DNA from: a virus
Lineage: Duplodnaviria; Caudoviricetes
DNA: 64,000 nucleotides
Reading direction: 5' to 3' (one strand)
Virus record (IMG/VR): IMGVR_UViG_3300005611_001698
Coordinates: 1-64,000 of that record
The notes below the pieces were generated by a model. It did not search any database and had not been told where the DNA came from. It was given only the letters and a program-made list of their open reading frames with translations. Made by a program: the position numbers and the translations under genes. Each line of letters begins with the position of its first letter. Within the stretch, counting starts at the first letter, position 1. Below are positions 56,913 to 64,000 of the stretch, in pieces.

Positions 56913-57672
56913 GATAGTTGATGTAATCCTCAATAGTTGTTCTTACTCTTGCGTGAAAGTCCCAGTATTCTTTGGACCTTTCAAAGTTTTCATTGATAAT
57001 ATCTACACGATCATCATAAAACTTTTCGTCGAGATTGTCAAGAATATCTTTGAGCTCCTCGATAGTATTAAAGATAATCATGCCATCGGTATTAAAGTAT
57101 TCCCCGATGTTTGATGCACCCCAATAAATTGGAATAGTTCTAGTGGCAAGACAATCGATCAGTTTCTCCGTGATCCAATTGTTTCGTTGCTCATTCTCTA
57201 CAACTATGTGGTATTTAGTAACTTCAAACAGGAAGTCCTTTGTCGGTATTCGCGGTGGTGATTTATGTTTGATGATACCAAAACCGTTAAGATCTTCTGC
57301 ATCTTCAAGACCTTCCCAAATTTGCTGGCGAAGTTGGTGACCTGGTGCCCAACCTTTATTACTAGTGTTGAATGAGATATATTTTCCTTTGTTTGGTTCA
57401 AAAGTTTCTTGATCAATCCAACAAGATCCAAACACAAACTTTCTAGCATTAGGAAGATCAAGAAGATCCTCTCGCCAAGTAAGAATTAAATCCCACAGTT
57501 TCCAGTTAGATCTAACTTGTGGAGCAATATCTAAAATCGACGGTGGTTCAATAAGAACTAAAATATTTAAATCACACTCACTTTTATATGAAAGAGAGTC
57601 ATAGGAGATATGAACCTTTTTACTGTATTGTCCCTCAGATGAAAGAGTACCTGAACAAATTACGTCAAACAC
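56905..57672 (-). CDS. GT10-like (alpha-1,3-fucosyltransferase fold) glycosyltransferase
   Basis: YHIVVEN...WITEKL.DC....IPIYWG. Confidence 0.75.
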   Translation of the reverse strand: MFDVICSGTLSSEGQYSKKVHISYDSLSYKSECDLNILVLIEPPSILDIAPQVRSNWKLWDLILTWREDLLDLPNARKFVFGSCWIDQETFEPNKGKYISFNTSNKGWAPGHQLRQQIWEGLEDAEDLNGFGIIKHKSPPRIPTKDFLFEVTKYHIVVENEQRNNWITEKLIDCLATRTIPIYWGASNIGEYFNTDGMIIFNTIEELKDILDNLDEKFYDDRVDIINENFERSKEYWDFHARVRTTIEDYINYHD

Positions 57673-58855
57673 TTGGATAAACCTCCTCCATGATTTCTAA
57701 AAGTCTATCTACTTTTTTCTTAGTTACAAACTGACTGTTACCAACATACAAACCATGTTTGTGCAAAGTTTCTACATTGGGATCACTCCTTTTGGTGCAA
57801 AGTTTATACTCTTTAAAAGCAGGATGACGAAGTAAGTTTCCACTGATGATGGGGCGATATTCAATTTCGTTTTCCTTCAAGGTATTTTTCAAAGTAGAAA
57901 CAACTTGTGAAGGAGAGTTTGGCATCATAATAGGGATGATTGGGAAAGAAAAACTGCTGTTGCCAACTCTATATTCTGGAATCATATAGTTTGGAAGATG
58001 AATGACTCCATCAAAATATCTCTTGTAGTTTTCTCTACGAATCTCAATATTCTTATCAAGTCTCTTGATTTGTGATAGTCCAAGCACGGCACAGATTTCA
58101 TGATTACGGAAGTTATATCCATCAGTCATGAACAAGAATGCAGGATCAATATCTGGATTCTCTTCACTATATTTTTTAAACATATGTGGAGATCCTTCAC
58201 GTGCCATGCCATGGCTACGCTTCATTCTCATTAGTTCATATAGTTCAGTGTTATTGGTGCAAACCATACCACCTTCAATGGTGGTCATGTGATGACCGAA
58301 ATAGAAACTAAAAGTAGATCCAATCGAATTACTGCCACGTTTTGTGCCATCTGGACCTTGAACTCCATGAGATTCACAAACATCTTCAAGAATCAATGCC
58401 TCAGGGAAGATCTCACGAATCCTTTCCACGCGAGCAGATAATCCAATCAAGTGAGTGATGAATACTGCTTTAATATCTGGATGCTGTTCCGCAACATATT
58501 TCAACTCATCAGTGTCAAAAGAAAAATTACGTAGATTAATATCACAAAAGATGGGTTGAAGTCCTGCCTGAATCACAGGAGCAACATTTGTCATCCATGT
58601 TGTGGCAGGAACAAGAACTTTATCACCATTCTCTAATCCATAATGTTCCTTTACAGCAGCAATCAATAAAGAGTTTGCAGTGCTACCACTAGAAACATAC
58701 AGAGAATGTTTAACACCTAACCACTCAGACCACTTTTTTTCAAACTCACGAACCTTAGGTCCATTAGTAAGTCTGCTACTGGTCAGCACAAATGCTGCCA
58801 TCTTCAAACGATCTTTAAATGAAATCGTGTCTTCCATCAAAGGCCAATACATCAC
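57665..58855 (-). CDS. colD: DegT-family PLP enzyme, ColD-like GDP-4-keto-6-deoxymannose 3-dehydratase
   Basis: SSGSTAN, EDVCESHG, SFYFGHHMTTIEGG (His at the usual Schiff-base Lys position), RSHG, GYNFR, RPIISGN. Confidence 0.7.
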   Translation of the reverse strand: MMYWPLMEDTISFKDRLKMAAFVLTSSRLTNGPKVREFEKKWSEWLGVKHSLYVSSGSTANSLLIAAVKEHYGLENGDKVLVPATTWMTNVAPVIQAGLQPIFCDINLRNFSFDTDELKYVAEQHPDIKAVFITHLIGLSARVERIREIFPEALILEDVCESHGVQGPDGTKRGSNSIGSTFSFYFGHHMTTIEGGMVCTNNTELYELMRMKRSHGMAREGSPHMFKKYSEENPDIDPAFLFMTDGYNFRNHEICAVLGLSQIKRLDKNIEIRRENYKRYFDGVIHLPNYMIPEYRVGNSSFSFPIIPIMMPNSPSQVVSTLKNTLKENEIEYRPIISGNLLRHPAFKEYKLCTKRSDPNVETLHKHGLYVGNSQFVTKKKVDRLLEIMEEVYPSV

Positions 58856-59781
58856 TTTTCCTCCAATTTAAAGTATTCATAAGTTAGATGAAGACCAAGA
58901 TCAAGAGTTGTTTGAGGTTTCCATCCCAAATTTTTGAGTTTAGTTGTATCCAATAAACGCTGTTTCATACCCTCAGGTTTAGTTGTATCCCAACCAATTT
59001 CACCTTCATATCCTACCACATCAACAATGTGAGAAACAAGTTCTTTGATTGATACATCACGTCCAACACCAACATTAATGATTTCAGAGTCATCATAGTT
59101 GTTCATCAAGAAGATAAGTGCATCTGCAAGGTCTTCCACATAGATGAACTCACGTCTTGCTGATCCAGTTCCCCAACATTCAATTCTTTCCTTACCGCCA
59201 ACTTTTGCTTCATGAAATCTGCGAATCAATCCAGCAATCACATGACTTGTTTGTGGATTGAAGTTGTCTTTTGGACCATAAACATTTGATGGTTGAGCAC
59301 AAATAAAGTTGGTTCCATACTGTTTGTTATATGCCTGACATAGTTTGATGCCAGTAATCTTAGCAAGAGAGTATGCTTCATTTGTTGGTTCAAGATATCC
59401 AGAAAGAAGATGATCTTCACGAATAGGTTGCTCACATTCTTTTGGATAGATGCAAGCAGAACCAAGAAACAACAGTTTCTTCACACTAATTTTATGTGCA
59501 GCAGAGATAACACTATTTTGAATCTTCAAGTTATCTTCAAGAAACTGAACAGGATGATCGATATTATCTTTGATACCACCACACCTTGCAGCAGCTAGAA
59601 AAACATAATCTGGTTTGGTCTCTTTAAAAAAGTTCAGCGTTGTATCTTCATCACGAAGATCAAGATCTTTTTTAGATGCTAAAATTAGATTAGTATAACC
59701 TTGTTCCCTGAGAGTACGAACAATTGCTGATCCCACAAGACCTTTATGACCAGCAACGAAGATCTTATCATTCGTATGCAT
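58852..59781 (-). CDS. fcl: GDP-L-fucose/colitose synthase (Fcl/WcaG/ColC family)
   Basis: [42 protein letters not shown]. Confidence 0.88.
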   Translation of the reverse strand: MHTNDKIFVAGHKGLVGSAIVRTLREQGYTNLILASKKDLDLRDEDTTLNFFKETKPDYVFLAAARCGGIKDNIDHPVQFLEDNLKIQNSVISAAHKISVKKLLFLGSACIYPKECEQPIREDHLLSGYLEPTNEAYSLAKITGIKLCQAYNKQYGTNFICAQPSNVYGPKDNFNPQTSHVIAGLIRRFHEAKVGGKERIECWGTGSARREFIYVEDLADALIFLMNNYDDSEIINVGVGRDVSIKELVSHIVDVVGYEGEIGWDTTKPEGMKQRLLDTTKLKNLGWKPQTTLDLGLHLTYEYFKLEEK

Positions 59782-60838
59782 AACGACTAAATCCTCCCTC
59801 TGCTAGGTATTCATCACGTTGAGCAAACTCAATGTCTTTCTTGACCATCTCTTTGATCATTTCCTCTACTGTTACTTCTGGATACCAACCAAGTTCTTGA
59901 CGTGCCTTAGTGGAATCACCCAACAGAGTTTCTACTTCCGCATCACGGAAGTAGCGAGGACTGACCTCAATCACTTTCTTGCTTGTGATCGAATCAAATC
60001 CATACTCATCAACGCCTTCACCAGACCAAACGATGTTCATGCCCAGTTCTTGTGCTGTTAGTTCACAGAACTTACGGACGGTGATCTGTTGCATGGTAGA
60101 GATCACATAGTCATCAGGTTTATCCTGTTGCATCATCAACCACATAGCACGGACATAATCTTTTGCATGTCCCCAGTCACGTTTAGCATCAAGATTGCCA
60201 AGTTTCAAAGTCTTAGCAAGACCCATCTTGACACGGGTAAGATCACGGGTAATCTTACGGGTCACAAAGGTCTCACCACGACGAGGAGATTCATGATTGA
60301 AAAGGATACCAGAGCAAGTAAACATACCATAGGATTCACGATAGTTCTTTGTGATCCAATGAGCATAAAGTTTTGCCACACCGTAGGGTGAGCGTGGATA
60401 GAACGGTGTAGTTTCTGACTGAGGGTTCTCTTGCACCAAACCATACATCTCAGAGGTGGATGCCTGATAGAACTTCACCCTATCGGACATTCCAAGAATA
60501 CGAATAGCTTCAAGAATGCGAAGAGTTCCCAGAGCATCACTGTTTGCAGTGTACTCAGGAGTTTCAAATGACACCTTCACATGACTCTGTGCTCCAAGAT
60601 TGTAAATCTCATCAGGTTGAACCATCTGAATGATTCGAATGAGATTTGTGGAGTCAGTTAGATCACCATAATGCATGGTGAAGTTTTTATTGTTGTTGAA
60701 GATATGGTTGACTCGATCAGTATTGAAAGAAGAACTTCTCCTCTTGATACCATGAACTTCATATCCCATAGAAAGAAGGAGTTCGGCAAGATAGGAACCA
60801 TCTTGACCCGTAACTCCTGTAATCAATGCACGTTTCAT
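59768..60838 (-). CDS. gmd: GDP-mannose 4,6-dehydratase
   Basis: [52 protein letters not shown]. Confidence 0.97.
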   Translation of the reverse strand: MKRALITGVTGQDGSYLAELLLSMGYEVHGIKRRSSSFNTDRVNHIFNNNKNFTMHYGDLTDSTNLIRIIQMVQPDEIYNLGAQSHVKVSFETPEYTANSDALGTLRILEAIRILGMSDRVKFYQASTSEMYGLVQENPQSETTPFYPRSPYGVAKLYAHWITKNYRESYGMFTCSGILFNHESPRRGETFVTRKITRDLTRVKMGLAKTLKLGNLDAKRDWGHAKDYVRAMWLMMQQDKPDDYVISTMQQITVRKFCELTAQELGMNIVWSGEGVDEYGFDSITSKKVIEVSPRYFRDAEVETLLGDSTKARQELGWYPEVTVEEMIKEMVKKDIEFAQRDEYLAEGGFSRYAYE

Positions 60839-61734
60839 ACAATTAGTCTTACGTCTTTGCTGTTGCCTAAACGATTATAGTTTGTTTTGTCTGGAATCAA
60901 ACCATCATCACCGATTCTAGCACAATATCCATGCACATAATCAGTGCCGTCATCTGCTGTTCCCATATTGCAATAGATATTTTCTTCATCAAAGAAAAGA
61001 TCATCGATGGTTTCGATAGTTCTTACACTTTGTCCTTTACCGTAACCAATTCCAGTGTTCAGGTTACTCTTTTCAAAGTGAGCAAATCCATCGTTCTTGT
61101 ATTTACCAGGATCTAAATCGAATACTTTGTAATGGAAGTATGTGGGAATCACACCAGATTTTGTGTTGTGAGAGACTGGTTCAATTCTACCGGCAACAGG
61201 ATTTTCACTTGGAATCTGATGAGTCCAATATTCATTTCCAGTATACTTAAACATGCGTGGTTCAAAACATGTCTTAGTATTATCCCTGAACCAGTAATGT
61301 TTGAATACTTCCGTAGGATTATATGTACCTTTCTCTATACTCTTCAAATACTCTTCCTTTTCGCTGGGATGTGGGAGAACATTGAGTTGATTCCATGAGA
61401 TAACATCTGCCCATGGTTCAACACCTTCAACAACTTTACGGGGATCATGATAGACCCACTCGTCTGCCATAAAACAACCTACCCAATCACCAATTTCAAT
61501 ATAAGGTTTCAAATTATTGAAAGCCGCCTCACGAAGATACTGTTCGTGAAACGGCTTGTCAGTAGGATCTTTTGTGTAAAGGAGTCCATACTCCTCACAC
61601 AGTTTTTTAGTGAAGTCACCATCTGATCCATCTACGACTGAGATCTTATCAAAGACATTGATGTGCTTTTTGACCCAATGTTCAATGATGAGATCATCAT
61701 TGCGAGTCATTACAATACAGTGAACCTTTTGCAT
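60835..61734 (-). CDS. GT2-like glycosyltransferase-fold protein
   Basis: RNDD.II..W..H, VVDGSD, DW...ADEW. Confidence 0.6.
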   Translation of the reverse strand: MQKVHCIVMTRNDDLIIEHWVKKHINVFDKISVVDGSDGDFTKKLCEEYGLLYTKDPTDKPFHEQYLREAAFNNLKPYIEIGDWVGCFMADEWVYHDPRKVVEGVEPWADVISWNQLNVLPHPSEKEEYLKSIEKGTYNPTEVFKHYWFRDNTKTCFEPRMFKYTGNEYWTHQIPSENPVAGRIEPVSHNTKSGVIPTYFHYKVFDLDPGKYKNDGFAHFEKSNLNTGIGYGKGQSVRTIETIDDLFFDEENIYCNMGTADDGTDYVHGYCARIGDDGLIPDKTNYNRLGNSKDVRLIV

Positions 61735-61754
61735 TTTATATTTCAAGGGTTAAT

Positions 61755-61925
61755 ATGCTCGCCACCTGGTTTTTGAAAAGAACCAGGAAACTTTGCGGAT
61801 GTAGCGCACCACTTGCTCTTTATACGGAAGCAAGAAACCGTCGAGGGGTCCCGACCAGTGCTGTTATAGACCATCCGTGTCTTGGGTTTGACTCCACCAC
61901 CTAGTTTCAGGAACTAGGAAACTCA
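61755..61925 (-). ncRNA. manA-like structured RNA (three GUUUC-stem-GUGG hairpins)
   Basis: Three related hairpins visible; lies directly 5' of GDP-mannose genes and near tRNAs, as described for manA RNAs. Family assignment is from memory, not a covariance-model search. Confidence 0.6.
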
Positions 61926-62123
61926 GACTCTTGCTTTTACCGAAAGATACCAATCATAAAGTTCTTCGATTTTAGCAGCGAGATCATCAGAAACTTTACT
62001 ACCACCACCACATTTTTCATGTGCCTGTGCTTCAAGTTTTTTGAGTCTTGCCTCTACTTCAACATCATACTTTGACATTGCTGCTCCGCTTGCTGATTTT
62101 GCTGCCGTACCTTGTGTTGCCAT
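61923..62123 (-). CDS. Conserved hypothetical protein
   Basis: SASGAAMSKYDVEVEARL; CTAAATA motif upstream. Confidence 0.65.
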   Translation of the reverse strand: MATQGTAAKSASGAAMSKYDVEVEARLKKLEAQAHEKCGGGSKVSDDLAAKIEELYDWYLSVKARV

Positions 62124-62146
62124 AATAGAACTGATTGTCTTTTTTT

Positions 62147-62404
62147 TTATTTAGTAACGCAATCTTTGACGTAAGCAGGAACTCTATCTGGATCCAACCA
62201 ACATGTATAATCATGATCTTCCATAGCAGTCATCAACTGCATTTCATTATCACATAGATACATGTCTTTGTATCGTCCCGTGTAAGAATCCATCTTTTGA
62301 ATTCTACAATCTGGTTGACCATTGATTTCCAAAGTGCCACATTGAATGTAGCGATAAGGAAATCTTTCAAGAAGAACAGTTGGTTTCTTGGTAACTTTCA
62401 TCAA
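62147..62404 (-). CDS. Hypothetical protein
   Basis: Coupled ORF. Confidence 0.65.
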   Translation of the reverse strand: MMKVTKKPTVLLERFPYRYIQCGTLEINGQPDCRIQKMDSYTGRYKDMYLCDNEMQLMTAMEDHDYTCWLDPDRVPAYVKDCVTK

Positions 62405-62604
62405 ACTTTTTCCAAATCTTGTGCAAGACAGTTGATAAGTGTGCCATAATCATTGGCATCATTATTAAATTCTACACCCTCATTCGCATAATGTCGAATG
62501 ATTTTTTTGTAGAGTTTAGGATTCTTCAAGTCAAGAAAGATAGATCCTTCAACAGTTTCTTCCAACAGAGGAAGATACTTACGAAACTTTTCCGTGACAG
62601 ACAT
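62401..62604 (-). CDS. Hypothetical protein
   Basis: ORF behind TTGACA-17nt-TACAAT (62655-62627). Confidence 0.6.
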   Translation of the reverse strand: MSVTEKFRKYLPLLEETVEGSIFLDLKNPKLYKKIIRHYANEGVEFNNDANDYGTLINCLAQDLEKV

Positions 62605-62661
62605 TGGACTTTTGATTTACCTTGTTATTGTAGGAGAAAATGGGATTGATGTCAACCCCAA

Positions 62662-62734
62662 TGCTGGTTGCGTGGATCGAACACGCCTTAGGCGAATTAT
62701 GAGTTCGCTGCATTCACCAGATTGCTAAACCAGC
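62662..62734 (-). tRNA. tRNA with CAT anticodon (elongator Met or Ile2)
   Basis: Acceptor gctggtt/aaccagc; gcgaa-ctCATaa-ttcgc; T loop ttcgatc. Confidence 0.85.
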
Positions 62735-62752
62735 AATGCCGTTATTATAGCA

Positions 62753-62929
62753 TCAGAACTTGATTTTTTCTATATCAATCGGTATTCCCCTATTATCTTC
62801 CAATGGATCATAAAGTTTGTTTCTATTTTCTTCCATATCTGTAATGGAAAAGACTTCTCCTGCTGCCATCCTTTCCATATAATAATCATAGTTTGCACGA
62901 AACTCTGCAACTGTAATGTGATTTGACAT
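62753..62929 (-). CDS. Small Phd/YefM-like protein between tRNAs
   Basis: Manual translation MSNHITVAEFRANYDYYMERMAAGEVFSIT..., similar to 21242..21457. Confidence 0.5.
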   Translation of the reverse strand: MSNHITVAEFRANYDYYMERMAAGEVFSITDMEENRNKLYDPLEDNRGIPIDIEKIKF

Positions 62930-62952
62930 TGATAAAGTTTTCTTTTATATAG

Positions 62953-63023
62953 TCGGGGCGGCAAGAATCGAACTTGCACCTCCGCGTCCCAAACGCGGCA
63001 TTCTACCACTATACTACGCCCCG
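62953..63023 (-). tRNA. tRNA-Pro(TGG)
   Basis: cggggcg/cgccccg; ccgcg-ttTGGga-cgcgg. Confidence 0.9.
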
Positions 63024-63112
63024 TGGAGGAAGAAGCGAGATTCGAACTCGCGGAGGCTACTAACCCCATCAGTTTTCAAGGCTGACGCAATCAACCACTC
63101 TGCCATTCTTCC
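63024..63112 (-). tRNA. tRNA-Ser(TGA), long variable arm, encoded CCA
   Basis: ggaagaa/ttcttcc; tcagc-ctTGAaa-actga; gcgag-ttcgaat-ctcgc. Confidence 0.88.
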
Positions 63113-63297
63113 ATATGAACAAACTGTTCTTGCATATTATAAAACAGTTTATGGGTTTCTGTCAAGACATAATACCCAACAATACTTTTACCATCATCTG
63201 TCCAACCATATCCCTTAACCCTCTCACATTTACCATCAATTGTAAAACACTTATCAGTGTGAAGATAACTCTGGTAACGGTCGTCCAGATTAATCAT
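63091..63297 (-). CDS. Hypothetical protein; 3' end overlaps tRNA-Ser
   Basis: Coupled to the upstream ORF; stop codon lies inside the tRNA D arm. Confidence 0.55.
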   Translation of the reverse strand: MINLDDRYQSYLHTDKCFTIDGKCERVKGYGWTDDGKSIVGYYVLTETHKLFYNMQEQFVHMEEWQSG

Positions 63298-63545
63298 TAA
63301 CGTACCTCAAAATCAAGTTTACGAACCTTTCGTTTACGTCGGTTCTCCTGGTATTCTAAGTCCTGTTTTGTTAGAATACCCTGATTATTTACAATCTTTT
63401 CAGAATTCAGTAATACTACTTTACTTAGGTCCGAGGCTGAAACCTTGTCCTCCCTCACCATCATCTGGTTGGGACAACCGCAGCACTGAGTCTTGTTGTT
63501 GCTTGTCAACTCTACATTGCAACTCTTGCATCTGACTGATAACAT
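63297..63545 (-). CDS. Hypothetical Zn-ribbon-like protein
   Basis: CKSC...CCGCPN. Confidence 0.6.
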   Translation of the reverse strand: MLSVRCKSCNVELTSNNKTQCCGCPNQMMVREDKVSASDLSKVVLLNSEKIVNNQGILTKQDLEYQENRRKRKVRKLDFEVR

Positions 63546-63645
63546 CTTTTAACATTCCTTTAATTTCTTCTAGTTCTTCATGAATATCTTGATGATGAAA
63601 CCGAAGAGGTTTCTGAATCATTTCTTTGAGTTTTTTCTTTTTCAT
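63421..63645 (-). CDS. Hypothetical protein
   Basis: ATG after tRNA-Val; long overlap with the next ORF lowers confidence. Confidence 0.4.
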   Translation of the reverse strand: MKKKKLKEMIQKPLRFHHQDIHEELEEIKGMLKDVISQMQELQCRVDKQQQDSVLRLSQPDDGEGGQGFSLGPK

Positions 63646-63661
63646 ATATGTATGTAATAAA

Positions 63662-63733
63662 TGGGAGATACTGGGATCGAACCAGTGACTCATTCCTTGT
63701 AAGGGAATTACTCTACCGCTGAGTTAATCTCCC
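63662..63733 (-). tRNA. tRNA-Val(TAC)
   Basis: gggagat/atctccc; ttccc-tTACa-aggaa region; actgg-ttcgatc-ccagt. Confidence 0.9.
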
Positions 63734-63903
63734 TACTCTGGTGGGGAAATATTTAAAATATATTCCACAGTATTCGCAACATCATTCATAGCATCACGAA
63801 GAAAAGGTTGTTGACCAGCCTCCATTAACATTGGATCTTTATGATCCGTAAGAGTCCATCTCCATTGTTTCATTTCTTCCGAGTACCACAAATTAATTTT
63901 CAT
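63733..63903 (-). CDS. Small hypothetical protein (MKINLWYSEEMKQWRWTL...)
   Basis: 56-aa ORF with an ATAAATA motif upstream. Confidence 0.6.
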   Translation of the reverse strand: MKINLWYSEEMKQWRWTLTDHKDPMLMEAGQQPFLRDAMNDVANTVEYILNISPPE

Positions 63904-63939
63904 AATATGTTTTTTTGGTATTTATGGGCATGTGCCCAG

Positions 63940-64000
63940 AGCGAATGACGGGGATCGAACCCGTGACACCAACTTGGAAGGATGGGATGTTACCGCTACA
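63940..64000 (-). tRNA. tRNA-Gly(TCC), 5' end outside the window
   Basis: ccatc-ctTCCaa-gttgg; acggg-ttcgatc-cccgt. Confidence 0.8.

Noticed and set aside
57665-58855. GDP-perosamine synthase call
   Set aside because: The catalytic Lys position is occupied by His
62770-63069. 99-aa ORF spanning tRNA-Pro/Ser, and the 5' extension of 63421..63693 into tRNA-Val
   Set aside because: Both read through clear tRNA genes; shorter ORFs in other frames or with other starts explain the coding signal

Overview
This is a fragment of a T4-like cyanomyovirus (Kyanoviridae-like) genome, coded almost entirely on the minus strand. In window order it holds: (1) about 0.5 kb of AT-rich bacterial leuS joined out of frame to the phage DNA, probably a chimera; (2) a NUMOD3 homing-endonuclease-like gene and two 2OG-Fe(II) oxygenases; (3) about 17.5 kb of fibre and glycine-rich adhesin genes, with repeated fibre-adaptor-adhesin cassettes; (4) a Mom-like gene and tRNA-Thr/Leu; (5) a baseplate/tail block (gp5, CP12, gp27-like, two tail proteins with lytic domains, gp51, gp26, gp4, gp48, gp53); (6) replication and late-transcription genes (gp32, gp59, gp33, exonuclease, phoH, thyX); (7) a putative nitrogen-sensing unit (NtcA-like box, tandem glutamine-riboswitch-like RNAs, one split by an ORF, and a YRGVxY/DUF4278-like peptide); (8) nrdC, psbA with a PhotoRC-II-like leader, hli and a small outer-membrane protein; (9) a 14-gene GDP-sugar/glycosyltransferase cluster (gmd, fcl/colC, colD-like, GME, asnB) behind a manA-like RNA; (10) a second tRNA cluster. 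The strongest candidates for novelty are the apparent two-family docking code in the fibre cassettes, the ORF-interrupted glutamine riboswitch unit, and a phage-encoded colitose-type pathway. All assignments come from manual motif recognition; no searches were run.
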